Assembly: GCA_963817955.1 (NCBI GenBank)
Contig: CAWFQK010000002.1
Span: 1,099,326-1,163,325, forward strand
Length of the DNA stretch: 64,000 bases
DNA from: an uncultured Gemmatimonadaceae bacterium
GTDB taxonomy: Bacteria > Gemmatimonadota > Gemmatimonadetes > Gemmatimonadales > Gemmatimonadaceae
Direction: 5' to 3'
A program made the position numbers and the translations under genes. How positions within the stretch are numbered: the stretch's first letter is position 1; each line of letters starts with the position of its first letter. The notes under the pieces were generated by a model. It saw nothing but the letters and a program-made list of their open reading frames with translations, was not told the DNA's origin and ran no database searches. Below, piece after piece: positions 31,208-41,290 of this stretch.

Positions 31208-32287
31208 TCAGAACGCCTTCCATCCCCGAGCCCGTATTGCGGGTCCATGCTCGTCCAATCCGGGGGGGGCGAAGCGGATGCGGCCGCCGACACTCGAGGG
31301 CATTCCGGTAACGGCCGACGCGTTCACATCGCGCAACGATTCCAGGACCGTTCGCACAATGCCGTTCGGCACACCGGCGGCATCGAGTAACCGCGACCAT
31401 GTGGTCGCCGGCTTGGTGGCGAGTCGTTGTGAGAATTCCGTGACGATCCGATCGCGCTGCGCGATGCGGCCGGCATTTGTCGCGAGCGATGCATCGTCAG
31501 CCAGCGCATCGAGGTCCAACACGCGCGCGCACGCCACCCATTGCGCGTCACTCCCCACCGCGATGACGATGGGTTTGTCCTGAGCACGGAACAGTTGATA
31601 GGGCACGAGATTCGGATGCGCGTTGCCCCAGCGTTGCGCATCCCGTCCAGTGACGAGCGTATTTTGCGCCACATTGACGAGTGCGGCACGAGCGCTGTCG
31701 GCGAGCGAGATGATGATACGCGCGCCGCGTCCCGCCCGGTGGCGCTGCAGGAGCGCCGCGAGAACGGCGATCGCCGCGTCCTTCCCTGCGAGAATGTCGG
31801 CCAGGGCCACGCCAACTTTCATTGGATCGCCGTCAGGCTCACCGGTGATGGCCATCCATCCCGATTCCGCCTGCGTGACGAAGTCATAGCCGGGCCGATC
31901 AATGCCGGGTCCAAAGCCAGTGATCGTGCACCACACCAGGTCCGGCCGCCGCGTGCACCACTCGTCCGGTCCAATCCAGCGACGCTCCAGCGTCCCGATG
32001 CGGAAATTGTCCACCACCACGTCCGCTTCACCGATGAGCTGTTCGAGCAACTGCTGATCCTCAGCGAGTCCCAAATCCGCAGCAACACTCAATTTGTTTC
32101 TGTTGATGCTCAGGTAGTACGCGCTCAGCCCGTCGGCTGCGAACGGCGGCCCCCACCCACGCGTGTCGTCACCGGCTCCCGGGCGCTCCACCTTGATGAC
32201 ATCGGCGCCGAGATCCCCGAGGAGCATCGTGCACAACGGACCGGCCAGGACGCGGGTCAGATCGAGTACTTTGATTCCCTGAAGCAT
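31208..32287 (-). CDS. Class III CoA-transferase (CaiB/BaiF family)
   Basis: VLDLTRVLAGP, GADVIKVE, NRNK, PGYD catalytic Asp. Confidence 0.93.
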   Translation of the reverse strand: MLQGIKVLDLTRVLAGPLCTMLLGDLGADVIKVERPGAGDDTRGWGPPFAADGLSAYYLSINRNKLSVAADLGLAEDQQLLEQLIGEADVVVDNFRIGTLERRWIGPDEWCTRRPDLVWCTITGFGPGIDRPGYDFVTQAESGWMAITGEPDGDPMKVGVALADILAGKDAAIAVLAALLQRHRAGRGARIIISLADSARAALVNVAQNTLVTGRDAQRWGNAHPNLVPYQLFRAQDKPIVIAVGSDAQWVACARVLDLDALADDASLATNAGRIAQRDRIVTEFSQRLATKPATTWSRLLDAAGVPNGIVRTVLESLRDVNASAVTGMPSSVGGRIRFAPPGLDEHGPAIRARGWKAF

Positions 32288-32514
32288 TCGGTGTGATGAG
32301 GATACAAAATTGAATATTGCGATGGTGCGATTAAATTCCTGTTGACGCCCGCGCTACGGACTACCTCGACTTGATATCACTCCGTCTTGCGTAGCTGCTG
32401 CAGAATCATATACTTCCGCCACCAAAGCCTCGGGCCGCGCGAAGATAGCGCGCCCGGCGACGCGTGACAACGCAACGCTCCGCCGCACACCTTCGCCTCC
32501 CCGGGTTACATCTC

Positions 32515-33201
32515 ATGGTGGACAAGCCGCAAACGAATGACGCGCCCGCTACTGTGGGCTCTGCCGCGACACCGGCGGGGGGGCCACGTCACAGTCCGGG
32601 ACACCGTGGCGCCGACATGCGCGACACGATGGCCGAAATGGCGGAACGGGCCCAGATCATAAGCCAGGAAGCGGGCAGCAAGGTCGCAGCCGCGATGAAG
32701 GATGTCATCAGCGCCGCCGCCGGAATCACCGGCTTCGCCATCGAAAGCGCGCGCGATCTAGTGCAGTACATGGTGAAGCGGGGCCAGATGACGCCCGAGG
32801 AAGCCGAAAAGCTCATGCATGAGGCTGAGGTCGCTCATGCGAGGCGGCCAGCCAGCGAGCAAACCCGTCCAACCGCGACAAAGATTGCCGCCGACCGTGC
32901 AGCCGTCGCCAAGACTGAAGCAGCGGCGCGTGCTGCGGCACAGGCAGCAGCGATGCCGCCGCGCACCCCGTTTCGTCCTGCGCCGCCCCCCACCCCGACA
33001 CTCACCGACAGCCCAACGAAACCCGTTGCGAAGAAGCCGGCCGCGAAAGCTGCGAAGCCACTCGAGCCCGCGAAGGCTTCGATGAAGGCACCGGCGAAAG
33101 CGACCAAATCGGGCGTAAAATCGCCAGCCAAGGTGGCCAAGGCGCCCGCGAAGGGCGCGAAGTTGGCGAAGCCCGCCCCGAAGAAAGGCGGCAAGCGCTA
33201 A
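32515..33201 (+). CDS. Phasin-like protein with a Lys/Ala/Pro-rich histone-like tail
   Basis: MVKRGQMTPEEAEKL phasin-like segment; C-terminal KKPAAKAAKP-type repeats. Confidence 0.65.
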   Translation: MVDKPQTNDAPATVGSAATPAGGPRHSPGHRGADMRDTMAEMAERAQIISQEAGSKVAAAMKDVISAAAGITGFAIESARDLVQYMVKRGQMTPEEAEKLMHEAEVAHARRPASEQTRPTATKIAADRAAVAKTEAAARAAAQAAAMPPRTPFRPAPPPTPTLTDSPTKPVAKKPAAKAAKPLEPAKASMKAPAKATKSGVKSPAKVAKAPAKGAKLAKPAPKKGGKR

Positions 33202-33205
33202 TTCG

Positions 33206-34024
33206 TCAGCGCGCCACGGTCATTCCCCGGCGCCGCGCCAGCACGGCCTCCAGCAACTCGCGCATCGCGTCGGTGTCGGGGACACTGAACTCTGCGGCGG
33301 TTTCCCCCCGATCGGCTTCCGTGCCGACGCGCACCGTCACGGCATGCGGCTGAACCAGCCGTAGCGCACGAAAAGCGTCTTCGTCGGTGCGATCGTCTCC
33401 AGCGCACAACACCGATGCTCCGGCATGCGCCGCCCCCAACCGCTCGGCCAGGGCCACTGCGGCGGTTCCCTTGTCGACATCGACCGGCGGTCGAAGTTCG
33501 AGTACTTCCTTTCCGCGCGTGAGACGCAACCCCAAGTCCCGAGCGACCTCCGAAACCTGCTCGGTGAGCTCGGGAACGATGCCCGGGTGCGCAAGCCGGT
33601 AGTGAATGCTCAGCGTCCAACGCTTATCCTCGACCACAACGCCCATTCTTGTGCTCGCAATCACGTAGCAACGCTTCGCAGCAGCCGCAATGTGATGGGC
33701 GAAGCGCGCCACGTCCTCGAGTACGGCGGCCGGTGCATCCGGCGGCGCCAGCTCCATGCCATGATTGCCAATCGTCCAGAGTCCGGGAACGCCAACCAGG
33801 CGCCGCGCATCATCGGCGCCGCGGCCGGAGAGGATCGCGACGTAGGTGTCAGGCTGGTGAGTCAGGCCGGACAGTACCTGCTGCATGGCCGGAGATACGA
33901 TAGCGTGATCGGGACGCATCGCGATCGGCGAAAGTGTTCCGTCCACGTCGAGGAGGAGCATCAGCGGGCGGCCGGAAAGGCGTGTGGCGAGCGCCGGCGT
34001 CACAGGAAGCGCCGGGGTGGTCAT
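33206..34024 (-). CDS. otsB: Trehalose-6-phosphate phosphatase
   Basis: HAD motif DVDGTL, SGR, GNHG, DKG, GDDRTDEDAF. Confidence 0.93.
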   Translation of the reverse strand: MTTPALPVTPALATRLSGRPLMLLLDVDGTLSPIAMRPDHAIVSPAMQQVLSGLTHQPDTYVAILSGRGADDARRLVGVPGLWTIGNHGMELAPPDAPAAVLEDVARFAHHIAAAAKRCYVIASTRMGVVVEDKRWTLSIHYRLAHPGIVPELTEQVSEVARDLGLRLTRGKEVLELRPPVDVDKGTAAVALAERLGAAHAGASVLCAGDDRTDEDAFRALRLVQPHAVTVRVGTEADRGETAAEFSVPDTDAMRELLEAVLARRRGMTVAR

Positions 34025-34028
34025 GTCG

Positions 34029-35528
34029 TCACGCGATCACCGGCTGCGGATGTTCGGCATGCTGCGTCAGCATGATTTCGGTGGCGCTGCCGATGATGGA
34101 GTCGAGCCAGTCGAAGATGGTGGAGTTGTGCAATTGGCGCCGCATCCGATGCATGCGACGCTTGCGCTCCTCCGGCAACATTTCCAACGCCGTGCGAATG
34201 CCGGCCACGAACCCGTCCACATTGAAAGGATTGATCAGGACCGCACCGTCGATCTCCTCGGCACTCCCGGTGAAGCGGCTGAGAATGAGTACGCCTCGCT
34301 CGTCGAGCTGACAAGCGACAAATTCCTTGGCGACGAGATTCATCCCATCCTGAAGCGACGACACGATGCACAGGTCCGCGGCGCGGTAGACCGCGGCCAG
34401 CAGATCGGAATCCACGTTCTCGTTGATCAACACAATCGGCGTCCATTCGGCTCTGCCGAACTGCTCGTTGATCGCGATGACCGACTGAATCACCTCGCGC
34501 TCGAGTGTGTTGTACGCGGGCACATCGGTGCGGGACGGCGTGCAGACGAAGATGAACGTAAAGCGTTCGCAAAGTTCCGGCGATTCCGTCCACATCGTCT
34601 CGAGCGCGTGAATGCGCTCGCGAATGCCCTTTGTATAATCGATGCGGTCGACGCAGACGCCGAGTTGGCGAGTGCCCTTTGCATACCGCTGCCGCAACGT
34701 CTGAACCCGCGCGACACTGTCCGGCGAGCCGGCCATTGCCTCGAAGCGATCGACGTCGATGCTGATGGGAAACGCGCCAACGTGAACCACTCGATCACGA
34801 AAGTGCACGACCTGTTTCGCGTGATCGACCCGCGCATCCGGAATGAACTTGTCCACGCAGTCCAGAAAGTTCACCGCGTACCGGTCGATCTGGAATTCCA
34901 TCAAGTCGTTCCCCAACAACCCGCGCAACACCGCCTCGTGCGTGCCCGCGGGCAGGAGATGGAGAATGTCAGCTGGCGGAAAGGGAATATGCCAGAACTG
35001 GTGGATGAACAGCGCCGGCCGCATCGCACGCAGAAACTCCGCGGCGAGCGCGAAGTGATAGTCCTGGATCCAGGCCATCGCCCGCCCGGTGCACCGCTCT
35101 GCCTCATCCGCCACGGCGTGGGCAAAGCGAAGATTCACCGTACGGTACCGCTCCCAGAATTCGGTGCGATACTCGAAGTGCTGAATGAGCATGTGGCAGA
35201 TCGGCCACAGCGCGCGATTCGCGAAGCCGTGATAATAGCCATTGACGTCAGCATCATCGAGCCAGACGCGCCGCAACGTATAGCATTCCTCCCCGGGCGG
35301 CACCGCCACACGGCCGGTTTCGTCGGAGACGTCGCGATCGGCTGTGCCGGAGCCCCACGCCACCCACGTACCGTGGGTGCGGCGCATGGTGGGATCGAGC
35401 GCGGTCACGAGGCCGCCTGCCGGCTGCCTCACCTCGACACCGTGCACGCCGCGCATATGCTCGTACGGCTCGCGATTGGAAACGAGTATGAGCTTACAGT
35501 CGTTCAGGTAATGCGTGATATCGACCAT
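34029..35528 (-). CDS. otsA: Trehalose-6-phosphate synthase
   Basis: VSNR, GGLVTAL, WIQDYH, HIPFP, DRIDYTKG, DGMNLVAKEF. Confidence 0.95.
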   Translation of the reverse strand: MVDITHYLNDCKLILVSNREPYEHMRGVHGVEVRQPAGGLVTALDPTMRRTHGTWVAWGSGTADRDVSDETGRVAVPPGEECYTLRRVWLDDADVNGYYHGFANRALWPICHMLIQHFEYRTEFWERYRTVNLRFAHAVADEAERCTGRAMAWIQDYHFALAAEFLRAMRPALFIHQFWHIPFPPADILHLLPAGTHEAVLRGLLGNDLMEFQIDRYAVNFLDCVDKFIPDARVDHAKQVVHFRDRVVHVGAFPISIDVDRFEAMAGSPDSVARVQTLRQRYAKGTRQLGVCVDRIDYTKGIRERIHALETMWTESPELCERFTFIFVCTPSRTDVPAYNTLEREVIQSVIAINEQFGRAEWTPIVLINENVDSDLLAAVYRAADLCIVSSLQDGMNLVAKEFVACQLDERGVLILSRFTGSAEEIDGAVLINPFNVDGFVAGIRTALEMLPEERKRRMHRMRRQLHNSTIFDWLDSIIGSATEIMLTQHAEHPQPVIA

Positions 35529-35644
35529 GACTCGTCAGGACTAGCAACAGCCATGCCCGCTGCGGTACAGCTCGAATTGGCGACTGGCGAACGGCGGGGC
35601 GCCGAATACGTTTACCCCGATCGTCCCCCTGTCACACCAGGATC

Positions 35645-36124
35645 ATGCCCTCGCTACCACGCTTGCTGTCGAACGGCGCCGTTTTCTTGCTTGTCGCATG
35701 CGCGCAGACGCCGGCCCGGAACACGGCGCCGATACCGGCGACGGCCACAGCGACGGCCACCGTTCGCGACGAGATCGCTGCTACACTCGCACACGGGGCG
35801 CGTGCGTGGAATGCCGGCAACCTGGACGATTTTCTCTCCGATTATCTGCCGAGTGGTAGCACAAGCTTCGTGACCAATCGCGGCGTGCTGCACGGTTTGG
35901 ATGCCATTCGCGGCGTGTATGCCGCGCGGTTCGCCGCAGGTGCGCAGCGCGATTCGCTGCACTTCGAAAATCTCGAGGTCGATCTGCTGACGCCCGACGT
36001 GGTCAATGCTATCGCGTTCTATGTGCTCATGCGTCGCGACTCTGTAACGTCGCGCGGGCCGACGTCACTGCTGATGCGCCGTGTGGATGGACGTTGGCGC
36101 ATCGTACACGATCATAGCAGCTAA
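35645..36124 (+). CDS. NTF2/SnoaL-like (DUF4440-type) lipoprotein
   Basis: LVAC lipobox, AWNAGNLD, WRIVHDHSS. Confidence 0.8.
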   Translation: MPSLPRLLSNGAVFLLVACAQTPARNTAPIPATATATATVRDEIAATLAHGARAWNAGNLDDFLSDYLPSGSTSFVTNRGVLHGLDAIRGVYAARFAAGAQRDSLHFENLEVDLLTPDVVNAIAFYVLMRRDSVTSRGPTSLLMRRVDGRWRIVHDHSS

Positions 36125-37075
36125 GTGGCCGAGTCCATCGTCACGCGCGCGCCGACGCGCATCGATTTCGGCGGCGGCTGGACTGATGTCCCGCCCTACT
36201 CCGACGAAGTAGGCGGTTTCGTCTGCAATCTCGCCATCGCGCGATACGCCACCGTGACGCTGACGCGCGGCTCAGGACCGCCGCATGCGGACATGGCCGC
36301 TGCCGACCGCTCGATTGCGGATGCCGCCATGCGGCGTTTTCGCGTGCACGACTCCCATATCACCGTGCAGAGCGATTTTCCGCTCGGGGCCGGACTGGGC
36401 GGCTCGTCCGCGGCTGGCGTTGCGATCGTGGCCGCACTCGCTGCCGCACGGGGCGAGCGAATGACTCCGACCGCATTGGCCGAACTGAGCCGCAGCGTGG
36501 AAATGGCGGATCTCGGGATAGCCGGCGGGCGGCAGGACCACTACGCCGCCGCGTTCGGCGGGGCCCTCGGCCTGCGCTTCTCCGCCAGTGGTGTCGACGT
36601 GCGTCACATCCGCATTACTGCCAAGCTCCGCAGCGAGATCGAGCGCCGGTGCATGATCGTCTACACCGGCCAAAGCAGGATTTCGGGCGACACCATCAAT
36701 GCTGTGCTCCGAGATTACCAGCGCGGCGATGCCGCCGTCGTCGCGGCGCTGGCTCGCATGAGAAAGTTGGCCGAATCGATGGCCGCTGCGCTCGCCAACG
36801 GCGACTTGGACACGCTCGCGTCGTTGGTGAACGAGCACTGGTCGCATCAGCGGTTGCTGCATCCTGCCATTCCAACGGCCCACATCGACGAAATCATCGC
36901 ACGCGCTTACGATGCCGGGGCTCTTGGCGCAAAAGCCCTCGGCGCATCGGGCGGCGGCTGCGTATTGGTGATGGCGCAAGACCGCACCGTAGATGCGGTT
37001 CGCAAGGAGGTATCGTTACTCGGCGAGTTGCTGCCATTCCGAATTGATGAGAACGGAGTGGAACGATGCGCGTAG
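36125..37075 (+). CDS. GHMP kinase (HddA/fucokinase-like sugar-phosphate kinase)
   Basis: APTRIDFGGGWTD, PLGAGLGGSS, GRQD, GASGGG. Confidence 0.88.
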   Translation: MAESIVTRAPTRIDFGGGWTDVPPYSDEVGGFVCNLAIARYATVTLTRGSGPPHADMAAADRSIADAAMRRFRVHDSHITVQSDFPLGAGLGGSSAAGVAIVAALAAARGERMTPTALAELSRSVEMADLGIAGGRQDHYAAAFGGALGLRFSASGVDVRHIRITAKLRSEIERRCMIVYTGQSRISGDTINAVLRDYQRGDAAVVAALARMRKLAESMAAALANGDLDTLASLVNEHWSHQRLLHPAIPTAHIDEIIARAYDAGALGAKALGASGGGCVLVMAQDRTVDAVRKEVSLLGELLPFRIDENGVERCA

Positions 37076-38229
37076 CGCGCGGCGACGCCGTAGCGCTTAC
37101 ACTCGAGTTGGTCCGCATTGATTCACGCAATCCATCGCTCGTTGTGGGCGGCCCAGGCGAATCGGCGGTAGCCCGAGCGTTGTGCGAGGTACTGGCCGCG
37201 TGGGGGGTTCGCGTCGCGGTTCTCGAGCCAGTGGCGGGGCGGCCCACCGTCGTAGCACGCGTCGGTACGCCAGGCGCGCGCAGTCTCATGTTCAACGGCC
37301 ATCTCGACGTCGTTGGCGTCGAGGGCATGACACACGCGCCTTTTGCTCCCGATGTGCGCGACGGACGCCTGTACGGCCGCGGCGCGGCGGACATGAAGGG
37401 GGGAGTCGCGGCGATGTGCGCTGCTGCGGTTACCGCTGCAGATCAATTGCTCGAGGGAGAGATCGTGATCGCCGCCGTGGCCGACGAGGAATTCGAGAGC
37501 ATCGGTACTCGTGCGCTCCTCGATAGCGGCGTGCGCGCCGACGCCGCCATCGTCACCGAGCCGACCCACCTCGCGATCATGCCGGCGCATTTGGGATTCG
37601 TATGGCTCGATGTCACCACATATGGGCGCGCTGCACATGGGAGCCGGTGGGATCTGGGGGTCGACGCCATTCGACATGCGGGACTCATCCTGGCCGAGCT
37701 GGATCGGTTCGACGCGGAGGAGCTCCCGACGCGCGCCCATCCGCTGCTCGGCCGGCCATCGATCCATGCCTCCGTGATCGAGGGCGGAAGCGGTATGTCG
37801 ACGTATCCAGATCGGTGCATCGTCCAAATCGAGCGGCGTACGATTCCCGGCGAATCTCCGGAGCTGGCAAGACAAGAATTGGAGGCGCTATGCCGACGTG
37901 CCGCCGAGCGTCAGCCGACGCTGCGCGCTAACGTGCGCGTGACCTTCGCACAGCCACCGAGCGACGTGGCCATTGAGGCACCGATCGTACACGCGCTGGA
38001 CGGCGCGCTTCGCGGCGCGAATGAACCGGTCCGCGTGGAAGGAATGACCGCCTGGACAGATGCGGCGCTGCTCAATGCCGCCGGCATTCCGGCGGTCTGT
38101 TTCGGCCCAGGCGACATTACACTGGCGCACGCAGCCGAAGAGTGGATTCCCATGGATGAGATCGAGCGCGCGACCAGTGTGCTGGCGCGTCTCGCAACGA
38201 GTTGGTGTGGAGGAAGAAGCCAAGCATGA
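37066..38229 (+). CDS. M20 family deacylase (ArgE/DapE-like)
   Basis: GHLDVV, GRGAADMKG, DEE, EPT, AHGS, AHAAEE. Confidence 0.9.
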   Translation: MRVARGDAVALTLELVRIDSRNPSLVVGGPGESAVARALCEVLAAWGVRVAVLEPVAGRPTVVARVGTPGARSLMFNGHLDVVGVEGMTHAPFAPDVRDGRLYGRGAADMKGGVAAMCAAAVTAADQLLEGEIVIAAVADEEFESIGTRALLDSGVRADAAIVTEPTHLAIMPAHLGFVWLDVTTYGRAAHGSRWDLGVDAIRHAGLILAELDRFDAEELPTRAHPLLGRPSIHASVIEGGSGMSTYPDRCIVQIERRTIPGESPELARQELEALCRRAAERQPTLRANVRVTFAQPPSDVAIEAPIVHALDGALRGANEPVRVEGMTAWTDAALLNAAGIPAVCFGPGDITLAHAAEEWIPMDEIERATSVLARLATSWCGGRSQA

Positions 38230-38447
38230 CGCAGTTGACACACGATCAGTACAACACCTTGGAGCATGCCGTAGCACATGGCACGCGCATCGTCGTCCAC
38301 CGCAAGGGACGACGTCAATATGTGATCATTCCCCTGCGTCTACACGTGCAGGGTAGCCGCGAAGCCATCGAGGCGCGGAACCCGACGACCGGGCACGAAT
38401 TGACACTTTACCTCGATGAAGTGGACGCGATCGAGGTGGTGAAATGA
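38226..38447 (+). CDS. Small hypothetical protein
   Basis: ATGA overlaps with both neighbours. Confidence 0.7.
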   Translation: MTQLTHDQYNTLEHAVAHGTRIVVHRKGRRQYVIIPLRLHVQGSREAIEARNPTTGHELTLYLDEVDAIEVVK

Positions 38448-39106
38448 CGCGCGGACCTGATGATTCTGATGGGACCGCGTTCCCCATGTTGGCCATCTAT
38501 GCCGACGAGTCTTGCCTGGGCAACGGACGGGAAGGAAGTAACCCGGGCGGGGCGGCGGGCGTCATCGAGTATGTACACCCCGAGACCGGAAATCTGACGC
38601 GTTGGGACTATTGGGTGTCGGAACCGGGAACGACAAACAATCGGATGGCGCTGAGGAGCGTGATCGAGGCCTTTCGCGGCATCTCGCGCAAGGGCGTGCA
38701 CTTCCGGGTGACATTCACGAGCGATTCACAATATCTCGTGAAGGGGATGAGCGAATGGGTGTTCGGTTGGATGTCGCGCGGTTGGACGAAGAAGGTTGGT
38801 CCGATCCTCAACCTTGAATTGTGGCTGGATGCGGTCGAGGCCGTGCGCGGGCATCAGGTGAGCTGGCAATGGGTGCGCGGACACGAAGGACATCCGCAGA
38901 ACGAGTATGCAAACGATCTGGCGGTGCGGGCCGCTCGCGAGCAACTCAGCTCGAACGGCATCGTATCGTCAAACTTCGATGCGTGGCTCGCGGCACAGCG
39001 CGAACGGGGGCGCATGGCCGTGGATCCGCAACCGTTTCCCGACGGCGCTCGCTTCAAGGCGCTGCGTCCCTATCCCTCGGCGACGAGGCCGACCTTGCTT
39101 ACGTAG
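38444..39106 (+). CDS. rnhA: Ribonuclease HI
   Basis: YADESCLGN, TTNNRMAL, SDSQY, WVRGH, NEYAND. Confidence 0.9.
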   Translation: MTRGPDDSDGTAFPMLAIYADESCLGNGREGSNPGGAAGVIEYVHPETGNLTRWDYWVSEPGTTNNRMALRSVIEAFRGISRKGVHFRVTFTSDSQYLVKGMSEWVFGWMSRGWTKKVGPILNLELWLDAVEAVRGHQVSWQWVRGHEGHPQNEYANDLAVRAAREQLSSNGIVSSNFDAWLAAQRERGRMAVDPQPFPDGARFKALRPYPSATRPTLLT

Positions 39107-39132
39107 GTCCGCATTTGCGGAAGGCGGTATCA

Positions 39133-39315
39133 ATGAAGCGCGTCATACTAGCACTGATCATCGGCTTGGCCGCGGGGTATCATTGGGGATATGACGATGG
39201 GAACGACGGCAATCCCTCGATCGTCTGGCGCACACTGGACAGGTTCGGGGCGGCCAGAGTAAAAGCGGCGCAGGAAGAGACTCAGCGGCGCGTTGACGAG
39301 GCGGGACGGCCTTAG
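39133..39315 (+). CDS. Small hypothetical secreted or membrane protein
   Basis: MKRVILALIIGLAAGY signal-like N-terminus with AAGG upstream. Confidence 0.6.
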   Translation: MKRVILALIIGLAAGYHWGYDDGNDGNPSIVWRTLDRFGAARVKAAQEETQRRVDEAGRP

Positions 39316-39340
39316 AGCGTACACCCCAAACCCTTCCCCT

Positions 39341-40018
39341 ATGGATGCCGTCGATCGGATGTTCCGCCACCTCGTGCGGACGATTCGTTCCCGTTTTCCG
39401 CAGTACCTCGGGCAGTCCTTCGACGTGACCGAGCTTTACCAAGACATTATCCCGTACCGCCATCATCGGCGGGAGCTCGGACTCGAGACGAATGACGATT
39501 ACGAGATCGCACTGACCGAGCTGCTCTCAGGCGCTCGTGATTATCTGGTCGTCGACGACCGCATGCGCGACACACTACGCGCTCAGTTAGCGTCGGTAAA
39601 TCCAGATCCGACAGGTTTCAAGCAATTCGCCGGCTCCAGCGTCGCCATCTCTCCCTCGGCGCTACGCAGTCTCGATATCGGCCCGGCCGACGATGCCGTG
39701 CCACGAACCGCAGTGGTCTCGGCCGACGCTGTTACTGGCGCCGAGAGCCCAGCACCACGGAGCGAGGCTGCGACGCCGCCACCGAATCTTGCTGCTCGGC
39801 GATCGGTGGGATTGGCCACGCCTAGCTCGAATGCCATTTCCCCCCGCCTAGGCGAACGCTGCCGATCGTGCAGCGAAGAGCTTCCCAGTGGGCGTGCAAT
39901 CACATTCTGCCCGCACTGCGGCCAGAATGTAACGACCATGAATTGTGCCGCCTGCGGCTCGGAGCTCGAAGTGGGTTGGAAGTTCTGCCCCACCTGCGGC
40001 AAACCAGCCGCGACATGA
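39341..40018 (+). CDS. Double zinc ribbon domain protein
   Basis: C-terminal CRSC..CPHCG..CAACG..CPTCG. Confidence 0.8.
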   Translation: MDAVDRMFRHLVRTIRSRFPQYLGQSFDVTELYQDIIPYRHHRRELGLETNDDYEIALTELLSGARDYLVVDDRMRDTLRAQLASVNPDPTGFKQFAGSSVAISPSALRSLDIGPADDAVPRTAVVSADAVTGAESPAPRSEAATPPPNLAARRSVGLATPSSNAISPRLGERCRSCSEELPSGRAITFCPHCGQNVTTMNCAACGSELEVGWKFCPTCGKPAAT

Positions 40019-40096
40019 TGCCGGGCAGGTGTATTGCCAACGCACGGCCCGGGTGCTGCATGGAGGAGAACGCGCACCCCCAGATCTGAGACAGAC

Positions 40097-41231
40097 ATGA
40101 TCCACGATAGCTATCGGCGCCACGCTGCCGCTCGCGCCATAACGTTCCTTGGCCTCATGCTCTCCGCCGGATGTGCAACGGCTGGCATGGGCTCGTCCAC
40201 TGCGACGGCCGGCACCGCGACCGAAAGTCCTGTGGTGCGTCACAGCGTGAACAGCTGGCGGATCGCGACCTTCGAGCACATGGATCTCTGGCTACACGGG
40301 TTCGCCCTGCTCACCAGTGATACTGGCCGCGTCCCCTTTTTCGCGCGCGGATACAAACAGCAGATCACCGCGGTGAAACGGCAGCGCAATCTGTTCACGC
40401 AGCTCGATGCGAACCAGCAGACGCTCTCGGCGCGCTTCGCGTCGAATCCGGCGCTCACGAATGCGCAATTCCTGGCGATGTACTTCCCGTCGTTCCAGGA
40501 AATCGTGAACGCTACGGACCTGTTCATTCGCTCGCAGGGCAACCCGCGCGCCGCAAGCGATCCGCAGATGCAACAGGAGATCGCCATCATGGCCGCGACC
40601 TTTCCCTCAGGCGCGGATCGCGACTGGCTGCGGATCTTTGTGCAGAGTCTGCAGGATGAGAACAACCGGTTCTACCACACGTACTGGACGGGCGAGCAGC
40701 AGATGCGCGGTGCAGCATACGCCGCGATTCAGCAACAATGGACATCGACGTGGTATCCAAAGCTATCGCGCTTCCTGAATAACACGCAGCAGGGGGCCGG
40801 CCAACTCGTGCTGTCGCTCCCGTTGGGGGGCGAAGGACGCACGATCAACGACAGCAAGCAGGCGAACATCATCGCGGTCGACTTCCCCTCGACGGTGGAC
40901 GCGGCGCCCCAGGCGCTCTTCACCTTCGTTCACGAAGCCGTCGCGCGGATCGTTCAGGAGTCGATAAACGACAACACGACACCGGCCGAGCAGCGGTCGG
41001 GCGCAATGGAGGGGTACGTCGGCAATGGCGCCGTCAGGGGCGGAGCGCTCCTGTTACAGCTGCGTCGCGCCCGACCTCGTCCAGGACTACATGCGCTACT
41101 ATCTCCGTACGATGGGCCGCCCGGCGCCCAGCGGCGGTGCAGCTGTGCCGTTCGCATCCGCTTTCCCCCTGCCCGAGGCAATCCTCACCTCCATCGGCCG
41201 ACAGATCGACGCGGTACTCGGCGGGATATGA
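40097..41231 (+). CDS. Hypothetical lipoprotein with an apparent 1-nt frameshift near 41061
   Basis: SAGC lipobox; coding sense continues from GGALLLQ into VAPDLVQDYMRYYL in another frame ending at 41231. Confidence 0.65.
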
Positions 41232-41290
41232 CGCGGGCTGGCACTGCGAGAACCGTTTGGCTGTTCGGATGATACGAGTAGTATTCAAAT

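Noticed and set aside
33984..35873. 629-aa plus-strand ORF
   Set aside because: Antisense shadow of otsA; long stop-free antisense frames are expected at this GC content.
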